A stretch of 64,000 nucleotides of DNA from Eledone cirrhosa (Eukaryota). The notes beneath the pieces were generated by a model. The model ran no database searches and was not told the DNA's origin. It saw only the letters and a program-made list of their open reading frames with translations. Shown here in pieces: positions 45,821 to 61,460 of this stretch (its first letter is position 1; every line of letters begins with the position of its first letter). A program made the translations under genes and the position numbers. Location: assembly GCA_964016885.1 (NCBI GenBank), contig OZ024743.1:294066001-294130000 (forward strand), written 5' to 3'.

Positions 45821-47241
45821 CTAGCAGTGGTATCCGGCGTTGCATGGGATAAGGTATTTTGGAACGCGGGCCGCCAACAGACCTAATCGTAGAAAAACTG
45901 CATGCCTCTGCAATATGTAAAGAAAATAAACCGAATACTCTGATGGCTGGATAATCTTTAAGATTTTCCTCGATGAAGGAGGAAAAATGAAGGTTTTCAC
46001 CTAATGCGGGCCCTAGGGCATCAAGAAAATGAATTTTTTTGTGTGCATAACATTTCGTAAAAATCGGCTAGACGTAACGCCTAAAAAAAGCCCTAAAAAG
46101 CTGAAAAGATGAAGTTTTTCACCTAATGCGGGCCCTAGGCCATAAAAAGTTGGATTTTCTTTGATCACGGTATGATACATAGTTACAATTTCAAAGAAAT
46201 CGGTCTGACGTAACGCCTCAAAATTCCCTTAAAAAGCTGAAAAACGCAGGTTTTCATCTAATGCGGGCCCTAGGGGATCAAAAGGTTGAATTTGTTATGT
46301 GCATAACACTCCCTGAAACATAACGCGGGCGCCAACAGACCTAATCGTGGAAAAACTGCATGCCTGGACAATATGTAAAGAAAATAAACCGAATACTCTT
46401 ATGCAATTAGTATTAGGTATGCTTCTCCTTCCACGTGGAGAAATCGGCTTGGTGCTTTTGTACTTTAATAAAGTAGCATGAGTCAGCAGGACAAATGACA
46501 CCACTTATGTCAGGGGAAGTCTGCAATGCTTGAGCAAGGCATGACGTGCAATCGGACAGCATTTGGAGCCTTCTCGAAGAAGTCCACCGCACCTTAGTAA
46601 GTAAACGCAACTGGTTGGACAAACGTTTACTAAACTGTGGATATAATTTAACAAATTTAAAGAGGAATCGTGCAATAAAATGGGCCCCGAGGCGTGTGCG
46701 CTTTCACTGGCAGCCCTAAACGAAAGGGTCGCCACCAGCTATTTCAAGGGCCCTTAAAAGCGCCGTGTAAGCCGTTCACTGACACCCCAGTAAGGAGGAG
46801 TAACCATCAACAATTTAAAGTGGTGGCCCTAAAAAGGGCCCTGTGAGCGTTCACTTGTAGCCCTTAATCGTGACTTTGACTGCGTTCTCTGACATTTGAA
46901 GGAGGCTGTTACGGTTGCTTCCACTGGTAGCCTTTAGAATGAATCAGAATGCGTTCGCGGTCCGTTTAACAGCCATACATTGACGCGCCGAGTGCGATGA
47001 AAACATCAGACATACAGACAGATATTATAAGGGCGCGACGTTATTTGTATGTATCTATTTAAAAAGAGAAATACTAAGAATTATATAGAGAGATCGCTAA
47101 ATCGCCTAATGCGCTCTCTAAGGTATTGGAAATTTGAAATTTTCTTTTCTCAGAACTCTCCATGAAACATAAGTATTACATGTGTAAAGTTTGAAAATAG
47201 TCGGTTGGGTGCTTCTTCAGTTTTAGGGATTCAAACTCACA

Positions 47242-47338
<97 letters not shown>

Positions 47339-47401
47339 ACACACACACACACACACTCACACACACACACACACACACATCCTCAGTTTTATATATATAG
47401 A
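45821..47401 (-). mobile_element. Non-autonomous Helitron (~1.6 kb)
   Basis: The minus strand starts A|TCTATATATATAAAACTGAG and ends with an imperfect hairpin TATCCCATGCAACGCCGGATA then CCACTGCTAG|T. It has internal ~125-bp tandem repeats and (CA)n. Confidence 0.8.
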
Positions 47402-47629
47402 TTAGGTAGTAGAGAATATTAAAAATTCAAACACAAATCTAATTACGATGAAACTCTTTTTAAAATTCCTTACTGACAACATTGATACAACTTCAACAAA
47501 TACATGGTTACAGACTGGAAAGTTGCACAGATATAAATTATATTTGAAATTCTATTCCAACACCCTAACATATATATAAAGTATGTATAAATACATAACA
47601 CACACGCACGCAAACACACACACACGCAA

Positions 47630-47769
<140 letters not shown>

Positions 47770-48608
47770 CGCCAGATGTCTGTGCGAAAGTGTAATCGTC
47801 TTTTATTCGGAAACTACCAAAGGGTTTGTCACACAACAATATATGTTATTATTCGCAATCATACAGTTAGGTGTTGCTTCATATTTATTTTTTTGTTAAA
47901 TATGTATAAACAAATCGGTGATATTTTAAATCCATTCGTTTTAAATGTTGGTATTCCTATATCATAGGTGTATTCTTGATGTATGTAACCACAGTTAAGA
48001 ATGATACTCACCACGTTAGTAGAGTAGAGGCATATTTATTTTATTATAGAAATCACTTATATAGGACTAGAACTGTTTCAGTCGTAAGAAATCATCAGTG
48101 CTAAATGTTCAGGCGAAGAAAGTTTTCCCAAGAATATTTCAAACTCAATACAGTTACACAATCAACAAAAGAAAAAATAATGGGATCGATTGCCCGTACG
48201 TATAATCCAACAGTATTAAGAATTAAACATTGTGTAAACAAATACGACGTGTTGCATGAATGTAGGTGTACAAAACACATAAATTAGACGTGTTTCAACA
48301 AGAATAATACGAAAAATAAAAACAATGGCGAAAAACGTCGCTCCCTTATTTATATCTAAGAATTGATCCGAAAAATTTGTTATTAAACATTTAATAACAA
48401 ATTCCTCGACTCAATGATCAAATTGTAATATCTAGACACATCTCTATATATATAAAGTTGAGCTTGGGTGAGGTTTTTCACTGTTTTCACTATTCCTGAA
48501 ATTCTTGTTGAAATACGTATAAGACAAATCTTCGATTTCCATACATCATATATATATATAAGTGAGAGAGAGAGACAGGGAGAGATAGAGGGAGAGAGAT
48601 AGAGATAT

Positions 48609-48641
<33 letters not shown>

Positions 48642-48914
48642 CAGATAGAGGGAGAGAGAGAACTTCCTCACATTCCGGCTACCAAATTATATATAATTGT
48701 CAATCCGTACGAACTGTAGAAGACACATGCTGAAGATTGGACCCTAACCATGTGATTGCATAGCCTTCGTCTTAACTACAAGTGAATGTAAGGGTCTATG
48801 TACAACACACTAGCATATCGATTCCCCGTACGTATAATCCAACAGTATTAACAATTAAACTTTGAGTAAACAAATCCGACGTGTTGTCTGAATGTAGGTG
48901 TATAAAACACATGA

Positions 48915-49310
48915 ATAATTGTTTCTACTTTTGGCAGAAGGCCAGCAATTATCACATTATATTACTGGTACTTTATTTTATCGACCCCGTCAGAATGAAA
49001 GGCAAATTGAACCTCGGCGGGATTTGAACTCAGACCATAAAGGGGCGTAATTCTATGCTGCAAAGCATGGCGTCCGAATCTCTACCGATATTGCCCATCC
49101 ACCGCCGTCATCATGAAAATAATTGTTTCTACTTTTTGGCACAAGGCCAGCTATTACCCCAGTGCATTACTGGTACCTTATTTTATCGACCCCGTAAGGA
49201 TGAAAGGCAAAGTTAACCTCGGCGGGATTTGAACTCAGAATGACAAGGGCCGTAACTCAATGCGTCAAAGCATGGCGTCCGACCCTCTACTGATACTGCC
49301 AATCCAACAT
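48915..49310 (-). mobile_element. Two tandem SINE family A copies
   Basis: Same sequence family as 5890-6256 and 53942-54130. Confidence 0.85.
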
Positions 49311-50339
49311 ACCGCAAAACAACATTTTACATTCTAATAATATTTAACATCGACATAAGTTTAGATATTTTTAGAAAGTATATAGATAATTAAATCTATT
49401 CCAGTATTTGACTGGTATGTTATTATATCGATTTCAGACAATGTTTTCCTCGGGTGGTTTTGAACTCAGAAAGTAAAAGTAATATCCATCACAAAATATT
49501 GTAACATATTTTGTTCGATGCTTTAATGACTGCAAAACCAAAGATGTTTAAATGTAGTTTTATTTTTGTAAGGCATTAGTAAATTGTTGTATGTGATATG
49601 CTTTCTGGTTATAAGACTACAAGCAATATCCTGCATATATGTGCGTGATTATGCATATACTCATAGATATATGCGATTGCGATTATGTATGTAAATTTTG
49701 TTTGTTTATAAGCTTATCTATAGTACCTGTTGTACGATAAGTAGGTCGAAGCTGTAAGATACGAAATATATTTCCCACTTAAAGATAAATATATAAGAGA
49801 AAAGGTTATACAAATTAGGGGATTATAGATTACGAGAAAGCAAAAATAAGATCCAGATCAATAGGCCATATAGCTTAGCTTATAAGATTAAATATCTACA
49901 GAAGCTATCCTTTCCTTTATTGTATTTGGCTGTGTGTGTACAGAAAAATATATGCATATATATAATATATATTATACATAACAGAAAAATATGTGCAAGT
50001 ATCTGAGCTTACACACGCACACATACACACGCACACATATTATATATATAGAGATATATACACCGGTAAATATGACGCAAAGAGACGGAGAAGGAAACGG
50101 TTAAAACATAAAAGTTTAAAACTGTAAATAAAAAAGTGAATAACAAAATTGAAAAAGGGAGATGCGTAGTTGACAAAATCTATGCTAAAAATATGATCAT
50201 TGTCGGTAACGTGAAACATGTTTACGCCGAAGTGATAAACCATGACGTTTCGGGTTAATTTAACAAAGTGTTAGAAAAGAAAGAAAATATAGGAAAATGT
50301 ATAGGAATAATACTTAGGTGAAAAACAAATGAAATCGCC

Positions 50340-50452
50340 GAGAAGGCGCTTGGCTTAATGGTTAGGGTGCTCAGCTCACGATTCAAAGCACGTTGTGCCC
50401 TTGTGTTGCAATCCATTCATCTAACAAAACTGAATTGTACCTGTCATTCAAA
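50340..50452 (+). mobile_element. Decayed tRNA-derived SINE, family B
   Basis: A-box-like TGGCTTAATGGTTAG; similar to 58100-58210. Confidence 0.45.
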
Positions 50453-50609
50453 TGCATATATTTTTCACACTCTATCTCGCACAAACTTCTTGACAAATTT
50501 GTCAAAGGTATATGTGACCTGCTCGTCCAGTTTCACGTCAATTTCAGGAGTAGGCTGTTATGTTGATGAAAAGAACTGGAAAACACGTCGCCCGAATCGA
50601 TAAAGGGTA

Positions 50610-50663
<54 letters not shown>

Positions 50664-50890
50664 TGGAACAAGCAAACATTAAACAATCTTTTAAATAAAT
50701 TAAAATACGATTTAAATATTCACCTCTTCTAATGCCGTGACCGACGGTTTCGCTGATCAAAAGATTGGAAATTCAGAGAATTTCCAATGGAAAGATACAG
50801 CTCTTCAGACAGCTATTTCCAAAACTACTAGACATAAAGCCCAGTATATATATATATATATATATATAATTATAATTATATATATGTATG

Positions 50891-51005
<115 letters not shown>

Positions 51006-53379
51006 TGAAACCGGTAATAGACAATTATTAAATATATAAATAGATAAATAAATGCCATGGTTACATAATAAATAAATCAACTAATACCTTAACAATTCAC
51101 ACAAAGTAAAACATTTCGTTTTAATCATTTTCTAACCCACATAAAAAGAGAGAGAGAAATAAAAAAGGAAAAAAATATATTTTCTTCCTAATAATCGTCA
51201 CTTTCTCCCAGTTTTCATATATATATATATATAACGAAGGAAATGTGGTAAGGAACTAGGTGGACCATAACGCATCAAAGTACTCAATACTTAGGCTGGT
51301 AGAGTGGGTAATAGGAACGAGTAGGACCCCGACGGCTGAGCTCAAGCCGTTTCGACGGCTAATTCTGGACTAAAAAGGATTTTAGTCCAGAATTAGCCGT
51401 CGAAACGGCTTGAGCTAAGCCGTCGGGGTCCTAGTCGTCCCTATATATATATATATATATATACTGATGAGGGACTCATTTTATTACATGTTATCCATGT
51501 GCAACCTGCAGTATTCTTCTCCCCATTTTTTCACATATATTTACCTAAACTGCGATTCTGTTTTTTTCTCTCTCTCTCTCTCTTACTGCTCCCTCGTTCT
51601 CTCTGTTTCTCCTACTTTCTTTCGCCCCCTCTGTCATGTCAGTTAACTCTTCCTCACACTTCCACTCACTCACTCACTGTTTCTCCCCTTCTCACTTCAC
51701 CCCGTTCGCGACGAAAACATTTTCTTTCTTTCTCACATTTGGATTCATCTCAAAAGGTCTTTTTTCTAAGCGCTCATATATTCACCTAGCTTATGCTAAC
51801 AGAATAACTATGTAGCTTGTTCCCTTCCTCCCTACGGTTAGCTCTCCTCTTTGTTGTTTACTTGTCTCATTCGCTTTACGCGTTTTAATTGTCCTAATAA
51901 CTTAATTTAGTTATTATTGCACCGACGTGAGGTATATGATTTTTAATGCAATGAAATATCTATGATCGTCGGCAAATCACTGATGAGGGACTAATTTTAT
52001 TACATGTTATCCATATGCAACCTGCAGTATTCTTCTCCCCATTTTTTCACATATATATATATATATATAGTAAGGTGTATTATTGGTTGTGTAAAATAGC
52101 CCAAAAATTTATGTTAGCAATATTAAGATCTCCACGCTTTAGTATATCTCCAATTCCATTCAAGGGAACAGCTAGATGATGTAAAACGGAGTATAAGAAT
52201 CAAAATGAAAATCTGAAGGCAAGGTAAAATTCCAATCATTTTAATCACGACATATGTTTCAATAACAGATAGATCGATCGTAAAGCCATGATCAATTATC
52301 ACTGACCTCATCAGGTGAAAATAACAAATGCTACATTGGTCAAATCTCAATTTGACGATGTAAATTGGAAATATTCGGTTAACCACAGCCCCATACACAT
52401 ACACACACACACAAGCAAGTATGTTCAGTTCAGTGTTCTGTTATACATGTATAGATTGAATTGTAACATCCGTATCTTCAAGTGTATGTTATGCAATATA
52501 CACATCCGTATCGTCCGAAAAAGTGTATGTCAGGTATATACACATCCACGTGAAGAGCAAGCATCAGCACATATCGAACTCAGTATGTACCGCTCTCCCA
52601 TTGAGAGTCTGAGTCACCAAAAGCGTGCGTGCAAGCAACCGCATTGTAGGCCAGCAAGGGGCTCCGTGTAGGGTTGGGTATTTGGGGTAATGTGTCAGTA
52701 AGTGCGATTTCCGGTCAAATGGGCCCTTGGGTTTTTAAGATAGGTGTTTGAGTGGTGGAGGTGTGTTATCCAACACAAAAGGTAAAGTAAATAACAAAGG
52801 ATAGCAAAACCAAGATGATGTGTGTAGGCCCTTAATGGTGTGTAAGTATTATTGTTCAATATGTAACTGTGAGCACTCCATGGTTAGATGATCACGGATC
52901 AAAACCTAGTGTAGTGTTCAATCGGTAGGAACGTGACCAGTCGTAACTGTGGGAACTCAATTTCTAAAGAAAACGGGTACTGTGTGTAGCGTTATGTATA
53001 GAGAGCGTAATCGGTCTTAACTGAGTGAGCAATACGTATAGCTATATCCAAACCGAGAGAACTCAATGGTTAGGGTATCTTCAAGTAAAGGTAGATGCGC
53101 GTAATCGGTGCTGCCTGAGTGTGTAATCAATTACTAACTAGGTATACTGAGTGTGTAATCAATTCTAACTATTTACTAGCTAGGTATTCTAAAAGTGTAC
53201 TCAGCCGTGAGAACTCTGTGGAAACAAGTCAGGTACCGTTTGTAAGTGTGAAAACAATCTTAGCCGTCTAACTGCCTGAGTGTGTGACTGTCTGTTTATT
53301 TATAGAATTCTATGGCTAAAGTAGAGAGGGTGGAGTTAGTGGTAGGTTACTGTCCAAAAATCCTGCGGAAGGTTTTCGA

Positions 53380-55610
53380 GGTTCTATGTTTGACAATTGC
53401 TGAAAAAATCAGCTCTCCTATTAATTAATAGGGGGCCGCCTCTAATAATATTAAAGGTTTCAGCTACACATAAATTGCAAACGCCAGTGCTGCCGTTATA
53501 AGGTTGGGCTTAGCAAATTATGGACCAGGATAAGGAGGGCTCTATATTCTGATGTTTAATCTTCCAGACTAATTCAGAAAGCGCCGTGCTATTAATTTTT
53601 ATCTAATCTATTAAAAGTATGGCGGTGATTAACCATCTATCCTTAAATTCAGAGGCAGTTGCCCCAACATACCTGAAGGTTCTATCAGGAGTGGAGACCT
53701 TACAGTCGTAGACTATGTTTTTGGTGAGGCATTTCCCAACTACGGGGCAGGTGGCGGTGCTCCTGCAGTTACATTTATTGTTATCGATCTGGGTAGTTCC
53801 AGATGAACCACGGTATCTTCGGGGTCGGGTCTCAATTCCTGTCTGCTCTATGGGTAAGTTCTCTGGGGTTGGGGAGACCCCACTCGCCTAACGTGTATGA
53901 GTCCGTTTCTCCATAGAGCTGCCATTATTACTGCCATGTCTGAGGGCGGTGGATTGGCAGTATTGGTAGAGGGTCGGACGCCATGCTTTCCAGCATAGTT
54001 ACGTCCCTTTACGATCTGAGTTCAAATCCCGCCGAGGTTGACTTTGCCTTTCATCCTTACGGGGTCGATAAAATAAAGTACCAGTAATGCACTGGGTAAT
54101 TGCTGGCCTTGTGCCTAACGTAGAAACAATTATTACTGCCATGTCTAATTCCCCTTGGGCTTTTCTAAGTCTACTATAATTCATTTTAGCTATATTCTGA
54201 GCTATGTTACTAGTTGTGGAGTAGGACAGCTTGATGGTATTCCTATTGAATATTTTATAGTATCTGTGTGATCTAGGGAAGCATTTCTCTAAGGCCCTAA
54301 AGAAAAGCTTAGCTATACTAGTGGTCAGGCCGGTGGAGTAAGGGGGGGGGGGGGTTATTCCACAGGATTATTCTGGTCCGATGCTTCTTGTTCTTACTAA
54401 CTATATTAGTGATATCTCTCTCCTTAGTAGCTACTGGTCTATTATAACTGGAAATTGCCTGTGGGTCGATGGTGTCCTGGGATGTCAGGATTGTGTTCTG
54501 AATCGTCCCAAGTCTCCGGGGCGGTGTACCCCCCGTGCAGCCATTGGGATTACCCTCGATAGCCGGGATTAAATCCACTATGCGTCTGCGACACCTATCC
54601 CTATTCCCTTTATTCGACCCTCGTTCCATATTACGTTCAACGGTTGGTTTACCATTAAGGTTACAATTAGAGTTTCCGCTCGCGTTACGGTGCTCAGACC
54701 CCGTGTTAGTACCTGGATGGTTGTTTCCATTGGTACCATCAACATTGGGATTAGGAGGCAATACAATATGAAGTCTATATAAATCCTCCCTCGTATCACG
54801 TCTGCTGTTAACTAAAGTGTCACTATCTTGGCCTAAGCTATCGCAGGCAGTGTTGCTACTACTATTTAATATACGTTTGAATGAGATTCCCTCGCTATGC
54901 CCCGCGCGTTTCAGGGCGCTATTATAGCAATTCGAGATCTTGTTGAAAGGTATCTTCATTGGAAGATAGTCCTGAAATTCTACTAGAGACGCTTTTGGTA
55001 ATACCGTTAGTGACTATTCTAGGGTGGTTCGATTTTGCGTTGACATAGTTCATATTCTCGTTGGCTTTGTGGTAAGTTTGGAAGAGTCCTGAATTGAGGT
55101 TAAGTGTAACATCTATAAAATTAGCTATCTTCAAGTTCTCTTCAAATACTATACTTAGGTCTATGTTCTTGAAGAATTTGCTTAGTTTTTTTCTCACCCT
55201 CTCTACCATACTATTATTATGGAACGACACAGTAAACAAAACATCGTCACGGTAAGCGCCGCCTCCCAAGTGGGGCATTTCCATCCCAAGACAGTCGAGA
55301 AAGTAAAGGCCCACCAGATCCGTCACCTGGGCTGAGTTCGTGGATCCCATGGTGATGTCGAAATTATCTGGCCAATCCTTCCTGGTCCACAAGTCACCGT
55401 TGAACTCAAGGTTTTCCAAGCTGGGAGAATAATGTTAATTTCTTCGGGTGTAAGGTCGGTTTGTAAGCTAGCAAAGTTAAGGGCCCTACCTAGAAGAGTT
55501 GGAGAGATCGAAGAGTAGTAATTAGAGATATCGAACTGTATAAACTTAGTGCTATTCTTATTCTGCGATTTCTCAAACCAGTGAATTATCTCACTAGTTC
55601 CTGACCACAA
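53380..55610 (-). pseudogene. Penelope-like RT/GIY-YIG ORF, disrupted
   Basis: ORF pieces 55610-55323, 55419-54922 and 54959-54318, plus hand translation of 53790-53390. The CxC..C..C linker and CNLC resemble Naiad/Chlamys-type PLEs (from recall). Confidence 0.82.
53942..54130 (+). mobile_element. Full-length SINE family A nested in the Penelope ORF, with an 18-bp target-site duplication
   Basis: A-box TGGCAGTATTGG and B-box GAGTTCAAATC. ATTATTACTGCCATGTCT is repeated at 53924-53941 and 54129-54146. Confidence 0.92.
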
Positions 55611-55959
55611 TTTACGCTTCGATACCCTAACTAGAGTGTGGATTATTTCATCAAGGATGTATAACAGAATGTATAACAGAACACTGAACTGAACTTACTT
55701 GATTGTGTGTGTGTGTGTGTGTATGTGTATGGGGCTGTGGTTAACCCAATATTTCCAATTTACATCGTCAAATTGAGATTTGACCAATGTAACATTTGTT
55801 GTTTTGTAAACGAACTTTCGGTGAATGCTGTATTGGTATATTCTTATTCTTATATTTGTTGTTTTTTTCTATGACATCGCTTCGTGAGAGTGTGTGTGTA
55901 CCCACTCACACGAATTGTGACCTTCTATAGCTCTACATGTTTGATGCTGTGTTGATATG

Positions 55960-55990
<31 letters not shown>

Positions 55991-56375
55991 TTTTTTTCCT
56001 TTGATCTCGAGCCGGTGTGTGTGGGTGTTGAGTGTGTGTGTACCCACTCACATTAACTGTGACCGACTGTATTTCTACAGATCTGATTAATGTCCAGCGT
56101 CCTTTGCAGCTATGGTGATTTGACAGTTTTATGACCCTAACTGAATCTGATAGCAGTCGCCGTATTTCTGACTACTGGATCTTCATATGAGGGAATAAAA
56201 TCTGTGAGTGAACATTGCTAATTTTCTCCCTCATATCAAGAATTTGAAGACAATTCATTTTCACCTGATGAAATCAGTGATAATTGATCATGGCTTTACG
56301 ATAAATCTATCTCTTATTGAAACATGTGTCGTGATTAAAATGATTGGAACTTTACTTGCCTTCAGATTTTCATTT

Positions 56376-56461
<86 letters not shown>

Positions 56462-56636
56462 GTAAGTATGTATGTATGTATACGTACATACATATATGTA
56501 TACAGACGTACAGTAGTATGTATATATATACATACATGCACACATATACATATGCACGTATCGGTTTACCGAACATTTATTATAATGCTCGGTTTGTTTG
56601 TTTGTAAACACACAAACAGCCCGAATTACGCCGTAC

Positions 56637-56679
<43 letters not shown>

Positions 56680-56855
56680 TGCATTATATATATATACATA
56701 TATATACATATAAATACACTTCATCAAGTAACCACACAGCTTCCTGTTTCTCCAAAAATGTTAATTAATTTTATGCTGTCACCTGTTCCTTCCTTCACTG
56801 CGTTTGCGTGGTTGCTATTACCCCTTTCCCTTTCTTTCTTTCTTTCTCTCTCCCT

Positions 56856-56908
<53 letters not shown>

Positions 56909-57201
56909 TCTCTCTCACTTTCTCTCCTGTTTACTTATATACTTACAAGTGCTTCTCGTGTTCCTCTCTTTTTCGGCATGCTCTCTGCGATTTTTTCGTT
57001 TTTCCCTTTTGTTTGATTTCTTTCTCCCCACCACCACCAATAACTTCCACGTGTTATTGACGCACTAGAGTTAGACATATTGTCTTTAATGCGTTGAAAT
57101 GTCCGCAAACAACTGAAGAAGAGATTGTCCTCCGCTTGTGCTTTCCTCTTATTTTTAAATACGTTTTATCAAGTAACAACACAGCTCCCTGTTTCTCCCC
57201 A

Positions 57202-57296
<95 letters not shown>

Positions 57297-57341
57297 ACAC
57301 ACACACACACAAACACACACATATATATATATATATGTATA

Positions 57342-57388
<47 letters not shown>

Positions 57389-57392
57389 GTAA

Positions 57393-57467
<75 letters not shown>

Positions 57468-57479
57468 TATATATATATA

Positions 57480-58085
57480 TGTCAGGTCACCTGTTGGTGC
57501 TACTGGTAACATGTATCCCAGTACAACCTGTCCCATGGTCGGGTCGTTGGCGACTAAACTGGCAACCCCACTAAGGTTTCTTGGTGAGGAGGGTGACTTT
57601 GGACATCCTGCAGGACTAAAAACAAAACCTGTCAAAGGGCAAAGGAGCTCTTAAGAGTCAATGGCCATCCAAAATCATTGGGAGAGATGACCCCTTAGCC
57701 TTTGTCAAGGCAGAATTCTAGGAGAAGGAAAACTCTAATATAACACCTGCAAGCCTGATGGTATCCAATGATGTTGACTTGTTCTTCTTTTTGGAAAATA
57801 TCATCTTGGTTAAGAGATTGGGACTGGTTTTGTGCAGTGCCTGTGCTCACTATAAAAGCTTCACGGCACAGGCATTGCTTTATATCTGGTGATCTCTCTG
57901 CACTTGTCGTCACATGGTACCATGGGCCCAGCACTATGTGTCAATAATTGTCACAAGTGTAGTGAACCAGAGTTTTCAAGATGCTGGCTGGACTAAAAAG
58001 TCACACTCGTTCAGCGCATCGGTAGGGATTCTCCTACATGGATATAAAGTAGTGGCCGTACTCGAAAACGAGTTGGCAGCCACCA
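57480..58085. repeat. Second (inverted) copy of the unclassified 600-bp repeat
   Basis: Reverse complement of 15960-16562, with (TA)n on both sides. Confidence 0.85.
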
Positions 58086-58099
58086 TATATATATATATA

Positions 58100-58332
58100 A
58101 TGAAGGAGCCTGGCTTTGTGATTAAGGAATTTATCTCACGGCGATTTCAAATTGCACCATTCCACTCAGCTGGCAAGAATGAGTTGTAACTGTAATTTGA
58201 AGAGCCAGCCTTGTCACGTTCTGTGTCACGCTGAAGCCCCCGGAGAACTAGGTTAAGGATACGCGGGTCTATGGAATGCTCAGCCACTTGCACGTTAATT
58301 TCACAAGCAGGATGCTCCGTTAATTGGATCAA
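58100..58332 (+). mobile_element. SINE family B copy
   Basis: Shares its head and the CCA(T/C)TCA.CT..CAA.A.TGA.TTGTA.CTGT.ATT segment with 50340-50452. Confidence 0.45.
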
Positions 58333-58511
58333 TTATATATATATATAAGGATTAGAATACTGGAGCGTGTTTGAGTCAAACACCCTCTTCGTATTATAGA
58401 AATGACAGTAAAAGGTATAGCTCAATGCAGTTAAACAGAGCCAAAAAATTAAGAGAGTAAAACAAAGAATCCTTTAATTTGTATCTGCCGATATTACCTC
58501 TTGTTGTTTTG

Positions 58512-58556
58512 ATTGCCCTGATGAGTCCTTAATAGGACGAAACATTGTCGGCTAAT
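58512..58556 (+). ncRNA. Minimal type I hammerhead ribozyme motif
   Basis: ATTGCC-CTGATGA-GTCCT(TAAT)AGGAC-GAAA-CATTG-TC-GGCTAAT: full core, 5-bp stem II, GUC cleavage triplet and closing stem I. Confidence 0.8.
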
Positions 58557-58597
58557 AAAAACTTTTGATGTATTAAAGGATTCTTTGTTTTACTCTC

Positions 58598-58782
<185 letters not shown>

Positions 58783-59108
58783 ATATGATTAAGTTACATC
58801 TGTATGTATACAAAGCTGTTAACCGACACTGCGCAAATGTCTATTTAAATATAAACAGGTTTTAATCTATAGACATGTAAACAAGCCAGAAATATGAATT
58901 TATTTGTAAATTGAAGGTGTGTATATATCATTTAAACAGCCAAAAGTAATCACGTATTTTACAGGCTTATCTACCATTCTCTCCTAGTAATATTCTTAAA
59001 TATATTAAAAAGTGTGTATATTTCTATACACATTATCGCGGTCCTGGTTACCCTCTCTGTATATATACACTTATGACATTATCATTCACTGCAGCTGCTT
59101 GCCGCACG

Positions 59109-59265
<157 letters not shown>

Positions 59266-59499
59266 TATATAATGAAGTATGAAGTCCTAAGTGTAAAAAA
59301 TACATATAGGGAAACAAGTATTATCCAACCGCATGCCAATGTGGTTCTATGGAGGGTTAATAAATTAACAAGCCAGAACATATAAAATCAACGTCTAGCA
59401 AATAAACGACAAAGTTTTAAAATAAAAAAATAAAAAAACTCGCTGTACTTACTATATGTGCCTTTACCGCAGTTTCATGTTCCAGAATAAACGAAGCAT

Positions 59500-59582
<83 letters not shown>

Positions 59583-60219
59583 CGTTATTCCGGGTTGAAT
59601 CGGAGGTAACCACAGTAAGTAAGGTACTCAATACATAGCAGAGTATGAAAGTTTTAATATAGATGAGATTCTACAGGACTAGAACTGTTTCATTCATTAG
59701 AAATCATCAGGAATCTGGGTATCAAAAAATAGAAATGGTATTTATAGGTCTCTACAAGTGGTAGGAGAGGGTGGGGAGTGGGATGGGTGCAGGTCATTGG
59801 TTGATAGAAAAGGGAATTCATTAAAAGCTAATTCTACAAAGCTATAGTTTATTTTTATTTATTTATGTTTTTAGAGTAACAAGGGCAGACAGAATTCTAT
59901 AAACAGGTTCCGGATGGCATACCAATCCTTGTCATTAAGTTTCTCTTAAGCTAACAGATGTCTATAAAATCAGTGGGGGGGTCAGTCATGGTCGATAGAA
60001 TTAAAGAAAAGGGAGATTCTTTAAAAGCTAAAATCATTAAGGTTCTACTAAGTGACAAAGGTCTAGAGAATTCTGCAGACAGATTCAAAATACTGAGTGC
60101 ATATCTTACTATTATCTTCGAACTTCTCTTAAACTAATCAACTATATGCCAAAAATCAACAGACACATTCACAAAAAAACAAAAAAACATACTCACTCAA
60201 ACACTTACGCGCAACCATA

Positions 60220-61350
<1,131 letters not shown>

Positions 61351-61460
61351 TTTTAATGAATTCCCTTTTCTATCAACCAATGACCTGCACCCATCCCACT
61401 CCCCACCCTCTCCTACCACTTGTAGAGACCTATAAATACCATTTCTATTTTTTGATACCC

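Larger units (their letters stand above)
52085..56378 (-). mobile_element. Penelope-like element (RT + GIY-YIG), 5'-truncated, with an inverted pseudo-LTR
   Basis: RT: FDISNYYSSI, FDITMGS..VTDLVGLY, YRDD, YVNAKSNHP. Endonuclease: CNCRSTATCPVVGKCLTKNIVYDC..YVGAT..FKDRW, CNLC. 52198-52448 recurs inverted at 55668-55805 plus 56258-56378. Confidence 0.88.

Noticed and set aside
45860-46402. CRISPR-like repeat array
   Set aside because: Eukaryotic context, whole units are similar (no unique spacers), and there are no cas genes; it is a minisatellite.
53380-53800. Selenocysteine-encoding (Naiad-type) Penelope endonuclease
   Set aside because: The conserved Cys positions I could read use TGT/TGC rather than TGA, and no SECIS was identifiable by eye.
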